Shown: piece by piece, positions 28,810 through 41,670 of the stretch
How the letters are laid out: each line of letters starts with the position of its first letter
Position numbering within the stretch: the first letter of the stretch is position 1
Assembly: GCF_006345805.1 (NCBI RefSeq)
Contig: NW_021831989.1
Coordinates: 372,001-436,000, forward strand
DNA length: 64,000 nucleotides
Reading direction: 5' to 3'
From: Octopus sinensis
Lineage: Eukaryota
Notes under the pieces: model-generated
Databases searched by the model: none
Seen by the model: only the letters and a program-made list of their open reading frames with translations
What the model was told of the DNA's origin: nothing
Program-made: the position numbers and the translations under genes

Positions 28810-29980
28810 TAGTCAGTATATGTGTCGGGATTTGATTTATCCATCATCTTTAACAGAATTCTTCACATCGACACTATTAACGGCTGATAAGAGATATGTG
28901 TCAAAAGGATTTCACAAAAATGCAAAACCATTCTTCAACAGAGAAATAGTAGAACTCATACAAAAAATACGCTTAGAAAAAAGGTATTACCGCACAAACG
29001 TGCATGAATTGTCAGTCTTTAACAAAAATTAATCAGATAATCGCAAAACTTAAGAGAAATAAATGGTTAGAATTTATCTCCTCTCTTGATCATAAAATCA
29101 AGCTCTCGCATTTCTGGAGAGCTTTAAAAGAAATCTATGCATCACAATCAGTCGAGACAACTTCACACGCCTTTGGCCTTAACCAAAAAGGCAAACAAAA
29201 TTGTTCAAAGAACAGGCAAATACTCTTATGAATCACTATGCGAAGATCAGTCACATGAAGATGTATAAAGACAACTGTTGCCGAAAACTCAAACTTGACA
29301 AAACTTCCCCCTTTCCAGAAATGACAATATCAATTTCTGAAATAAGTCAACTTATAAAAAAAACTCTAAGAATTCTTACGCTTGTGGATTTACGGTCTTT
29401 GCATACACCATCTAAAAAATTTTGGCCAAAATGGGTTGAATGGACTGATGGATATTTTCAAAACATCGCTAAACTCTGTCTAATACCTATGGTCTGGAAA
29501 AATTCTATTATCATTCTAATTATGAAGCCCAACAAGGACCCTTGCGACCCCGCTTCGTTCAGGCCAATCTTACTTATCTCTGTCCTATCAAAAATCCTTG
29601 TCCTACGAATTTAACAACTACTTTTCTCCCCAGCGAAATCTTGGTATCAGGAACGCATTTGACCAAACTTTGCGACATGTTCTAAGCTCGAAAATCTGGC
29701 TGTGTAGCTTCTTATTTGGTAGACTGATTCATACCAAATACGGGTCAGAAAACTCCTGGTTTTGCTACTTACCTAATTGGGTACCTCGAAGCTCCTGTCT
29801 TTTCCCACCTCTCTTCAACCTACACCTCAATGATATGCCAACTAATTCAGAAACACTACTCCTCTCCTACGCTGACAATCTTGTGATTGCTTCCGGACAC
29901 AATATCATTAACACAGCGACTATACCAAGTTTAAAGTGGATCTTACCAAAAGCAAAGTGGAACAATAAAATTATTTAATA
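28810..29980 (+). mobile_element. Degenerate LINE (Jockey/I-like RT) remnant
   Basis: IPMVWKNSIIILIMKPNKDPCDPASFRPILLISVLSKIL, PPLFNLHLNDMP and LLLSYADNL, with many frameshifts. Confidence 0.8.
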
Positions 29981-30049
29981 AACCATTTCATCATTATTTA
30001 ACACCTATGGGGCCAACCTCCGAATTCCAGCAAATATGGTGTTGCATAA

Positions 30050-31000
30050 AGATGAAGTGATTATACATAAATAATTCTGCTGACACTTAATTAGTTATTT
30101 TGAAGAACTCTTTTTTAATCATTAATCATAGTTTTTTCTAACTTTCGAAGTCGAAATTCAGTAGTTGACAAAGCTTTTTGTCCCATACCATTAAAAATAT
30201 TTTTCATGTCTGTTGAGATGTATCTTTTTATGTCAGCTTTGAATACTGACCAAATATTCTCAATTGCGTTGAGCATAGGGTTATAGAGACCCAATCTTGA
30301 AATTTTATTTTCGATGAATTCCTTTTTCTTTGACAATGTCTTCAATTCCTGAATGACATAGAGCATTGTTTACTAATAGGACTACTGTGAAATTGTAAGC
30401 TTTCCTGGCTTTTCGTAAACAAATTCTCAACCATTCATGGGCAGATTTTTTTATTAAAAAATCCACGTTTCAATTCATAATGTAACAATTCAAGATACTC
30501 AATACAACCAATGAAATTGGCATTGGCACCTCGCAAACTTGTTGCAACCACATTAGCCCTTGTTCCTTTTTCTAACGACCCTTTTTACGGGACATGTATA
30601 TGTCAAGATTTTTTTCATCCATAGGTAATATAGAAATTTCCTTGATGTTCAAATAATGAAATAATAAAATTTTTTCTTTTTTCTTTATTTAATTGACTAT
30701 TGCCTTTTTCTGGTCCGAGTGGACTCGAATGGTTTCTTTTGACACATTTAAGCTGAAATTAGAATTTAAAAGAATTCTCAAAGTCTTGAGAGCAATCCTC
30801 GGGTAAAGTTCAATTTGTTCAACACAATAATTTTTATGTTGATCAAGAATTTTTTGTTTTTGATCCCCCTCGCTGATGAGATTTATCCTTCTTTTTCAAC
30901 CAACGATAAGTAGTGGTTTTCGGAACATCGAGAGATTTTGAAAGTTCCTTCCAGTCACAATCTCCCTAAAATTTTTCTTAATTGCAGCCTCAGAATTTTT
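30050..31000 (-). mobile_element. IS630/Tc1-like transposase remnant
   Basis: HTH-like N-terminus (WKELSKSLDVPKTTTYRW), VLLVNNALCH and LYNPMLNAIENIWSVFK, equivalent to DNAPCH and YSPxLNPIE. TIRs not found. Confidence 0.8.
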
Positions 31001-32787
31001 TATTTGTGCAGGCATACAAATAAAAAAATGAAATATCAACAAAAAAAACAGAAATTATTTTTATAATAGTTTGGTTTTGGTAAGTTTCACTTTGTTTTTG
31101 TAAGTTGAACTTTTTTCCGACAGACAAACTCCCTGCTTCCTCGAGACTCGTGCGAGACTCGTGCTATTGGTGTCCCTAGGATTAAATTTTCTATAAAGAG
31201 CAAAATCTGGCATGCAAAACCGCAAAAATAGGAAATCAATAGAATCTGACCGAGTAATATAATAATATTTGCAGAAATACGGGTTCAAGAAAGGCAAAGA
31301 GACCAGGGCTGTAAGACGTTTAGTTTGGATTAAAATAATCCGCTTTCTCACGGATATGGCTCAAATGTTGAGGATTCAGGTTTTTGAAAAATATTTTTAA
31401 ACGAATTACTTCCGCCGTTTTGATCTTAAATAAAAATATTTTTCCGCCTTTTTGTTGAGACCGAGTGTAGCAGAACTCGGCCAACTTGTGAAAATTTTAA
31501 AAAATTAAAAATCAAAAAATTGTAAAATTAAATAACAAAAAATGAGATGTTCAATTAATTATAGGTCTGAACTGGAACTGGTTGGGTAGAGACAATTTTA
31601 TCGTCAGCCATTAAATAACAGCAAATGATCCCGAATGGAAAAAAGATTATTGCAAGGAGGATTCCACAACATGTATACCTTTTTGAAATTACAGTAACCT
31701 AAAAAATCCAAAAAATGAGTTTATACAGTGTGCGACTGCATCATAAAAATAATAAATATGAAAATCTATTACATAAGATAATTTACAAAGATTGAATTAC
31801 AATTATAAAAATATTAAATTATTATTTGAAATCTAGCTCTCTTTTTTAGACTAGTCATCTAATTTGTGTACTTCTCTTACTTACGGTCAGGCACCCATGT
31901 GCTCCGGAGACGCATTTTTTACAAAATTTATTGTCACTTCCTTAAATAACCCTGAACACATTCGCAATCTGATTAGCCAATAAACCAAGAATTTTGATAT
32001 TTTATTTATTAGATATAGGAATGTCAGTTTTGCCTACGCTGCGGTTCTTTTTTTCCATGCATTAAGTTAGTTTATCTGCTATAGGTTGACAAAATGACTT
32101 TCGAGAATTTATATTTGAGTCTTAAAATTCTTTAATTTGATGTAAGATGTCGGAAAATTTTTGCTGACACTAATCAGATATAACATGGGAGCATTTCTAT
32201 GAATAATGAGATTGTCTAGGAGAACTGGAAATATGCCGGCCCTCTTGTTGTGATTGTGGCGGACTGTGAATCTCCTTTATAGTGCTGAAAAGTTCCCAGA
32301 CATTTGTCTACATCGTGAAATGAACTTGTTTTGGACGAAAATGCAGAGAAACTTTGAAAGAGACAAATATCAAAACTCTCTCAACTAAAAACAGCAGTGT
32401 TATCGGAAGCGTGTTGAAAGATGCCAAACAAACAAGAGAAAATTTAATGAGATGAGAACTACGGGTGTAAATTTATCTGATGCCTTGAATTAGCAGAGAT
32501 AAATTATAAAAGAAGAAAGTTAATAAATACGTCTAAAACAATTTTTAATACTACAAAATACCTCAGTATTACACTACATGTTATAGGCGATGTCATTTGT
32601 GTAATTCCTGTTGAGTTTTTAGGTGATAGTAAACAATCTAAGAATCTTTAAGTCTTAAGTCGGCTTGGACTGGATTGAATAAGAAATGGTCTCTGGCTGT
32701 AAATCAATACTCAGCGGTTTAAACAAATTCACAATGTAAAAAAGTAATCAATTAATTAATAATTTAATTTTGTTATAATTTGTATTA

Positions 32788-35700
32788 AACAAAGTCTGTT
32801 ATGCAACGTGCTACTATCTCGATGTGTGCTCTACCTGGACAACAAGAAACTAACAATATTATTAATAATAATATACCTAGAGCAGGATGGACAACCGCAT
32901 CGGAGAGACAGACGTCCGATGGCAAGAACATCGTCTTTGCCATTGCAGAAGGGATCGAGTGCACGACCCGGGAGGACTGGGTTAAATCCGCCCTTTCCCA
33001 AGTGTTGGGAAGAGCTTCCAGGATGCCCAGAAATGGGTGGCCTACCCTGCTTCAGTGTTTCAATCGACGCTTTAGCTCGAACCTATCGTTAGATGCACTG
33101 AAGAAGCTGGCCAAGACCCCTCCTCCTGGCTCGCGGGGAGGACTGCCGCTGCGGTTACGCCGTCAGGATGCCCCCCGTGTTCTGAACAACACGAGCACCA
33201 GAGTAGTGAGTTATCGCTACTCTTGCAGGTTAAGGAGATATTTAGTAGGCATATCTCTGCGAATCGTGTTGTCCCCCTTGCGGACCGCAGAGTGACCCGA
33301 AAGATACCTCGGTGGCAACTCAGAAGTGACGTGATGGGTTGCATCAATCGTGCCATAGCTTACGCGATCGTGCGTGAGCCTCCGGAGACAATGGACGAGA
33401 TTTCTCTTTATTTGTACTCGGCACAGACAACCTATGATGAAATCACTCAGAGGCCTGCCCCAAAGAGTAGATGGAGAGAAAACATTGCCGCAAAAGTAGC
33501 CGCAAGGAAAGCCGAGCTGGAAGCGCTGACTGGGCACATTTTGAATGTGAGCAATGGGGTCAAGGGAAAGACTCCCCCCTTGGTGCGTACTTTACTTCGT
33601 CGGGAACGAGTTGCCAAATGGGACCTCAACGAGTTGAGGCGTGTCCGGGCAGAGAGGGAGGAGCTGATTCTCGTTTATCAGAAGAAGCTCTCAACTCATG
33701 AGTCTCGGTGTCAGCGCAGGCGGGAGAACAACCTGTTTGAATTTAATCGCAGGTCGTTCTATCGTCGGTTGCACGGAGAGACGAAGGAGGGTACCCAGCA
33801 AAAGGCCGAAATGCTTGACACATGGGGGAGTATGTGGAAAGCACGTCCTCGCAAGGGTGTGTCGTTTCCGTTTTGTGGACCCGATGCTCCCTTGATGACC
33901 GAGTCTTGTGGTGTCTCTGACATCCGCAAGAAGTTCGATGAAGCAGTAACCCGTCTCTCTGACTGGAAGACACCTGGGGTCGATAAGGTGTATAATTTCT
34001 TTATTAAAAATTGCAAACCTATCCATGATTGCATGTGTCGAGCAATCGAACAGTTTACACTAGACCCTGGCTCGATTCCAGAGTGGTTATGTACTGGGGT
34101 CACTTATTTGATCCCTAAAGTAGATAACCCTTCCGCTCCGACAGATTATCGTCCGATAACCTGTATGCCCAACCTGTACAAGTTGATGACTAAGGTGGTG
34201 GCTACTGAGGTCAGAAATTTCGTGGAGGTGAATGGGATTCTGTCCGAGAACCAGTTAGGTACTCGGCGGGATTGCCAGGGAGCTAAGGAGCAGGCACTGA
34301 TCAACAAATGCCTCGCGAGAGCCCACGGAAACTCACTAGTGTCAATGTGGGTGGATGTGAAGAAGGCATATGACTCGGTTGATCATGCCTACCTCGTTGA
34401 GTGTCTGCGATGGCTTAAGTTGCCAATGTGGTTTATCAAATTTGTTGCAACTGTGATGGACAGGTGGAACGTCCATCTAAATTACAACAAATGCGATATA
34501 GGCGAGGTGAAACTAGAGAGGGGCATATTACAGGGCGACAGCATGTCTCCGCTGCTGTTCGTCCTCTGCCTAGAACCGCTGAGTAGAGTCCTCACTGCCC
34601 AATTCGAACAAATGTCGATCGAACATGAAGGAGGGTGTTTTAGCACCAACCATCTCATGTTCATAGACGACATTAAGCTGTTCGCTCGGTCTTCAGAGAT
34701 TCTCCACTCAATGGGTAAAGTCCTGAAAGGTTTCATGAAGGCCGTGGGGTTGGAGCTCAACTACGACAAGTCGGCGACTAACACCCCTGTGTGCGGTGAC
34801 CTAGTCAAAGTCTTGGAGGAACACCAAGGATATAAGTATCTTGGTGTGGTTGAGAGTCTAGCCTCATTAATCACACCCGAAACGAGAAAGTGTGTAGTGG
34901 AGGGTGTGCGTAGTAGGGCGGCAATGTTATGTAAGACTCGGCTCAATGCACGGAACTTATTTCATGCCTTGAACGAGTATGCCATCTCATTGCTAAACTA
35001 CTACGTTGGCCTGATCGAATTCGAGCCGAGTGAGTACGATGAAATGGACCTTATTGTCCGAAGAGTACTCCGAGAGAATCATGTCCACGTGTTGGCAAGC
35101 AATAAGGAGAGATTGTACTTGTCTCGCGGGCAGCTAGGACGTGGACTGAGTAACATCGTACACTTAAGTGAGCGAATTCTGACTAAGATGCACGACACCT
35201 TGTGGAGTGGGTCGAGTGTATCCCAAAGGAAGGCTGCCATCCTTGCTGCTGAAAAAGCGCGTGGTACACACCTAGGGACCATAAAAGGCTATGTGTCGGC
35301 TAAGTATGGTCTAGGTGCTACCCAAGTTAATGTGAAGGAGTTGATCAAACTTCAAAAGGAGTCTTTAATTAAAAAGATCAACTTAAAAGTCCTTCACAAG
35401 ACTCTCTTTAGCAGCCTGGACAACCCGCACATTGACGTATCGTCGTCATCTACGTGGCTGAAATATGGGAATAACTCTCCCCGATCAGAAGGGTTGTTCT
35501 CATATTTGCAGGATAGAAACTTTTTTAATGGTCAACGGAAACAGTGTAACCACTGTAAGAGTAAGGCAATGACCGTTGACCATTTAGCCACGAAGTGCGG
35601 GAGTATGCTTTACCATGATTACACATGAAGGCATAACGAGGTGGTGAGGTCCCTCCATCTTTTGCTCTGCAATAAGTATGGCTTGAGGCGGTCCAGAAAG

Positions 35701-36290
35701 TTGCGAACCCATCGAGTTCAATCGGTGTGTGAGAACTCGCGGGTGTGCATTAAGGTGGATACCCCCATACGCACCTCGATTGTTGTCCAGCACAACAGAC
35801 CCGACATTGTGGTCCACGATAAGGTCGCCGGGGAGATTGTTATCGTGGAGGTGGGCATCACGTGCCTAGACCGTTTGCAGATAGTGGAAGTGGAGAAAAG
35901 GAGGAAGTATGACCTCCTTGCAAACGAGCTAGGACTGATGCACCAGTGCAAAGTCCATGTCATCCCGTGTGTGATGACATGGGATGGACTGGTCACCAAA
36001 TACCACAAGCGGTACTTAAGACAGTTGGATGTAGATAAGTCTCTACAGGCTTATATACAGTCAACTGTTCTTAAGAGGACTCTGGAGAGTGTCTCGTTTG
36101 ATGCTCGCCGATCCAGCCCTTTCCTGACGTTTAGTCAGCAAGAGGCGCTGGACTGCACCTTCTCGAAGGTCTACAGTGCTAGAGAAGAGGAGGAAGAAGG
36201 GGAGGAGGTGCGTGGAGTGCCGCCTTCTGCTCACTTCGAAGGCTCTGGACTTAGTTAGTAAAATTACTTAGTTAATTAGTTTCTTTCTTA
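32788..36290 (+). mobile_element. R4/Dong-like non-LTR retrotransposon (RT plus RLE), nearly intact
   Basis: RT motifs WKTPGVDKVYNF, YRPITC, DVKKAYDSVDH, GILQGDSMSPLLF and FIDDIK. CCHC and RPDI/VEVG RLE motifs. 13-bp TSD ATAATTTGTATTA at 32775-32787 and 36291-36303. One frameshift near 33120-33220 and one TGA at 35626-35628. Confidence 0.92.
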
Positions 36291-36799
36291 ATAATTTGTA
36301 TTATATTACTTTTGCTGTTCAAAATAAAATAGATTATAAATAATTTTCATTTAAATGCCTCAATTTGACAAGTCATATAGAGTGAGATTTTATTTTGACT
36401 ATTATTATAGCTCAACATGTTTAACAAAAATTTCACCCCTCTTGGTATCTGTGTCGGGATATTCTTTTTTCCAATTGGACTCATTTGTTGCTATTTGATG
36501 GCCGAAGACGAAAATACCAACTAATAACGTTTTTTCCCAATTAATCTAGCATTTGGTTATTAATAAATTTCCCAGATAAATTCTAATTTAACCACACCAT
36601 TTGAAAATATTAACAAAAACATAAATTTTATCGCTATTATGTATGCAGAAAATAAAACTAAAGTGAATCAATAAATAGTTATATTATTGATTGTCGTTTT
36701 AAAACAAAGAGAGGTCAGGAAAATTAGCTACTTTAAAACAGGTGGTGTCACTAACATATCCTTCTTTAAGTATTCACTCAAAAAATCATAAAATATATT

Positions 36800-38802
36800 A
36801 GTTTAAAGAAAACTGTTTACAAAACTAAATTCAGAATCTGAAATACTCGACAATAACTCCTTTGTGTGGTTCAAGCCGTGCTGATTCACAAAACAGCGAA
36901 TTTTCTAGATATTCAACCAAACCAAACATTTTTCAAATTTTCACATTTTTCTAACAAACTAGTCTCCTTCTGGACTGTAAGGTCAATTAATTTGGTTATC
37001 GCGACCTCCCCATCGCGAGGACGTCCCCCATGTGCGTATAGTTGTGTCCACAGTCTAAACTTAATATAAATAAACACCTTAATTGTCTAATATCACTATT
37101 TGGTTTCAAATAAGGCAAGTGACTCACATTTTTTTCGGGATCGTATAATTTGTTGAGAAATTGACTTTGGTTATGTTGAATGTAAAAAAACATCGAAGGG
37201 ACATTCCGGGAATATAAACTAAAGACATGGAAAGAAAATAAAATATTGAAAATAATATATAAAATAATAATCTAAACCAAGCAGAGACTCTTTCCTTTGG
37301 TGAATTATAAAGAAAATCCCCAAAAGTACAACTAAACGTATTCCGAACAATAAAAATAAGCAATCTTTCATCAAATTGGAACGAATCGGGGAATTGTATA
37401 TAAAACTGCCACACACAGTCCATAAATTGCACAAAAATTGGGGAAATGTATTTTGGGTCAACCAGACTACTAAGATGGCCACATCTGGTAGAGAACTGGT
37501 GCCCAAATGCCAGCCACTCCCGTTCAATAAGAGTCTCCAATAACAACTGATCTACATACCCAAAACCCTTCGATAGTCCTGTGGTGAGGATCAAGGAGAA
37601 GGGCAGCCAATGCACATGTTTGAGAGGTCCTGTCCCATCCATCAGAGCAGTGGGCAAGCACATTAGAGCCATTAATAAGTTGCTGTGCCATCACTCAAAT
37701 GACTACCTCAGCAATGAAGATTGAGCAGTCCATAATGGCCTGCAGGTGACTTAACCACATGCTTGAATTGACTGCAACCACACAGGAAGAATTTTGTTCA
37801 ATTACTAACAAATAATAGACTGAATAGGCCAACATTCAATCATTTTGGAAAGACTGGCTCTCATAACGTGGATGTTCTCGATTGGTTTGAAAACAAAGTC
37901 AATGTTTGGGTAGAATTGTTTGAGCTCATATCCCTTCCCACCCGCTCTGTTGGCGATTGCATTTATCTAGAATGGGGGACATGAGACCACCTTAGGACGA
38001 GTATCCACTACCACCAGTTTTTTTGAAAAAGGAGAACATCTGCCTATCATCTCTATCAGTCTTTCATCATTCTCATTCCGACTGTTAATTCCCAGCATTG
38101 GTTGACTCGAACGGCAAAGGGAGGTCTTTCAATCAGTTAAATGGCATACCAATGTTGCCTGATGGTGATAACAAAGCACGGGAATCCTATTTTTACTACG
38201 AAAAGAAGCACTGTCGAGGACCACCAAATCCGGGACATTTCGAGGAACCACCAAGACTTGAGGATAAGTAGAACACATCTAGAGTATAGAAAATGTACTG
38301 ACCTTGAATCTGTCGTTTAGGGATGTGCTGATACGCCAATATTGGTTTGGGAGACCGAGTCGTCCGAATTCGTCTTCTAACGAAAATTGACGAATTGAGG
38401 GGTATTTGGAGCAAACGGTAGGATAGAAGGCCACTGCCTGGTCGTATGATGATTTGGGAAGAATGGCGAGAAGTACATCGTAGGCACAACCCATGTCTTT
38501 ATCGTTATTAAATGTGATTGTAATGCATAAAAAAAATTTCGTTTTTAGTCGGAGTTTGTTAGAGAGGGCGGAGTCCCCATATTTAGCCACACTGACCAAT
38601 TCGAAGGACGATATCTGGTAATAGACAAGGGAGGGACACCATGTAATCAATGTCTTGATAATTTCCTAGAAATAGTATTCCTTCGACTATTTTAAGGTAG
38701 CAATTGTATGAAACATTTGTGTTAAATAGTCCAAATGTTACGGAAACTTTCTCAAACTTCAAAATTAATTTTAAGTAATTACACCTGAACAAATGAGTCC
38801 AT
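36800..38802 (-). CDS. Myotubularin-related phosphoinositide phosphatase (MTMR6/7/8-like); 3' end approximate
   Basis: Intact catalytic motif [18 protein letters not shown], then [13 protein letters not shown] and [14 protein letters not shown]...[12 protein letters not shown]. Confidence 0.9.
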
Positions 38803-39845
38803 TAATTAGTTTGATGGAATTTAAATAAATAGTTTTTAATCTTATATTTTACTAAGCTTTCGATACAACAGTTGCGTACTTTTATTAGTTTTTTTAATAT
38901 TTTTGATTAAACTGAATATTTTAATGGAGCTAAAGTGATAAATTATTATTTAAACTAGATTAGTCTTTGGATTTTCTATCAAGAAAATTACAAAAAAGTA
39001 CGAAAACAAAATTGAAAAGTCCAGATAAAATTAGTTTTTAATTAGTGCGTCTGTTTTTAGTCGATTCTCCTCCTTTTCAAGCCCTTCGACGGGCACATTT
39101 ATCCATTTTATAGCCAGGTCACTTTTCTGATTGTTCTCAAGTCCGATTCTATGGTCTCACTCGGGGAAGCTTCCTCTATCTTTGCCTTTGAAAACTGGGA
39201 ACATTCCAAAGTTATAATCTGTACGCATGATCTCCAATGTTTTCCGGATGACCACAGACTGGATTTAAGCTCTTGTGGGCCCTTCGAGACCAATTAAGTC
39301 TTAGTGATGTTTGTAGAATTTAATCACAGCACCGTCCTACGTTAGTACAGGTGGTACTATAGTTACCTTTGCGTTGTGAATTACTCCCAGTTCACTGGCG
39401 AGCAAATCGTATTTATGGAGCTTTTCTACCTCAACTTGTTTTAAGTTTTTGTCGGAGATGATCCCAATCTCAATAAGCGTGATTGTGTTCCTCATTTTGT
39501 CAAGTATGAAGATGTCAGGCTTGTTATTTTCGACCCTTAGATGCGTACTTATTGTCGTGTCAACACAAATCTCCGTAGAGTTATTCCCAACCATTGACTG
39601 AACAGAATGAGTTTTCAACCTCCTGGATTTCTTAATTCTATAATTCGTGCATAAATGCAGATGTATACACTTTACTATTTCGTTGTGTCTTCTTAAGTAG
39701 TCACTATTTAGCATTCGAACACATCTCGTCGCTAAGTGATCAACTGTCTTCGTGACTGAGTAACAATGACTGTAAAATGTTCCAGCATTGTCGAAAATAG
39801 GTTACAGTCCTGTACTAGACACAGAAGAGAATTGCATGCAATGGT

Positions 39846-40759
39846 TGTTACAGTAATAGAGATACCAGGAATAGCGATCCGAAGTAAAATAATTATAAAT
39901 TTTATATTGTCCAAATAGAGAAATCTATAAAGACAAATACTGTGCAGGACGATTTTTTCGTTAATTGATAATTTTATAATTAATAAATAGCTTACTACAA
40001 AATCTGCTTTAAAATCGTACAGGAATAATGAAAATATTTGCTTAAGAATAGATTCGTTTATTGTTTGAATTGTTAATTTTTTTAAATGTTTAAATGACGC
40101 TTTTTGTTAACAATTTAGTCAATTTCGCGTTTAAATCTTTATGGAGTGTATTTTAGTTTCGATTTCATTTTTTTTAAACAAAAATGAAAATATGAAAAGT
40201 AATTCAAATTCTTTTTTTTTGAAATAGCAAATAGTTGTCTATTTTCGATTGCAATCATAAAAGAACAAAAATTAAGATATAAAGAAGTTTATTCCGAAAC
40301 AAAATTTTATAGTTTTCCAACGATAGCTAGTCTATTAATATCGATCTCGTAAGGGGCTCATGATTGATCAACATATTCGTCGGACTAATTTGGACCCTGT
40401 CGTGCTGTAAAATCCCAACGACAGTATATTCAGTACAATCAAATGTTCGTGAATGGTCGACGGCGTGTTGTTGTATTCGTATCTGTGTCGGTGTGGATGA
40501 CCACTTTCGTCCCCAGAGGAAAGTCAAGGATATCATAGATAATAATCAATAATCTGATCCCTTTCATAATTGCACATCGATAGATATCCCATGCTCAAAT
40601 AAAAATTTATTATTTTTTGCAAAAAATAAAAACATTTTCAAAAATAAAAATGATTATTACTAAATAGACATATAAATTGCTTAATTTATTTATATTTGAA
40701 TACTATGCGCTCTATTTACTACGGATCGCTATTTCCTGGAATCCCTATTTACTGCGACA
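39846..40759 (-). mobile_element. Ginger/Tdd-like non-autonomous element inserted in the R4-like copy
   Basis: Termini TGTTACAGT / ACTGCGACA, ~50-bp imperfect TIRs, and TSD ATGGT at 39841-45 and 40760-64. Removal restores IRKKPLHAILF in the host ORF. Confidence 0.75.
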
Positions 40760-41224
40760 ATGGTTTTTTCCTTATTTGCTCAATCAAGGGGTTCTTCTGA
40801 ACATCTCTCAGCATGTTCAAATCAAGGTCCTCAGTTTCTTGGATGCTGTATTTGCGCTTGAGGTATTCCGCGATTGTGGCAAAATGTGTTTTCCTTGCAT
40901 GAATGGCCCGCAAAATCCCATCTTTCCTTAGGCAGTAGCGAGACTTTTCTCATAATCAATGAGGAATTGGAGAAGTATCCGTTCAGTTTTGTGGACATTT
41001 GATACGAGTCCTCTCCCGAGTTGGCCTCTTGGGAGGTAAAGCCTTTCTTTGTTTGCATGTTTCAAGTGAATTCGATGTTTTACAAGGATATAGCGCACAT
41101 TTTTGTCAATTTTTTCAAATTCAGTTGGCTCAATATTGACGAGCCCAATATAGTAGTTGCAAAGCAATAATGCGTTCTCATTTATAGGTTTAAATAAGCT
41201 GCAGGAGTTCAATTTTGTCTTCAA

Positions 41225-41670
41225 AACCTATTTCGTAAATGTGTGAAAAAATGAACGTGCTCAGAAGCTTATCCGGTTTATGGAAAAACGGTTCCCGCGC
41301 GGTATTGGCAAATATTTATTATCAATACTTTGAACTCTCCATTTCCTACGCCTGCGGATCATGGGGTCCGCGATTATCTTGTTTCAACAGGAGGCGAATT
41401 GAGGAGGCCCAACAAAGGGCTCACAGATTAACCGAACATTGGTTGCACGGTAAAAACGCTCCAGACCAGCCCCTCTGGAGGACCTAATTAAGCAGAACTC
41501 CAGTTCGTTTGCAAATGCTGCGACAAATGCGGCTAGCTGCCTGGTACTATCTTGTGTGGGCTCGTGGAAAGATCACAGAGCGAGGATGAGGTCCCTGGTT
41601 AAGCGAATGGGGAGCACGTGACTTTTTTCAGTTTTTACTGTGGTCTTGGTGTTTTAATAATAATAATAAT
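41225..41670 (+). mobile_element. LINE 3' fragment with (TAA)n tail
   Basis: MNVLRSLSG...ISYACGSWGP..RRIEEAQQRAHR resembles a post-RT LINE region. Ends in TAATAATAATAAT. Confidence 0.65.

Noticed and set aside
31611-31615. In-frame TAA aligned with CAA (Gln) in a paralogous segment, and TGA aligned with Arg in the LINE, as signs of stop-codon reassignment
   Set aside because: Conserved host genes end normally in TAA (tetraspanin, TRMT2A, MICOS13), TAG (ISWI, SF3B2) and TGA (SNAP25, RBBP5, CDK7) and have no internal stops after splicing. Both cases are simple C>T changes.
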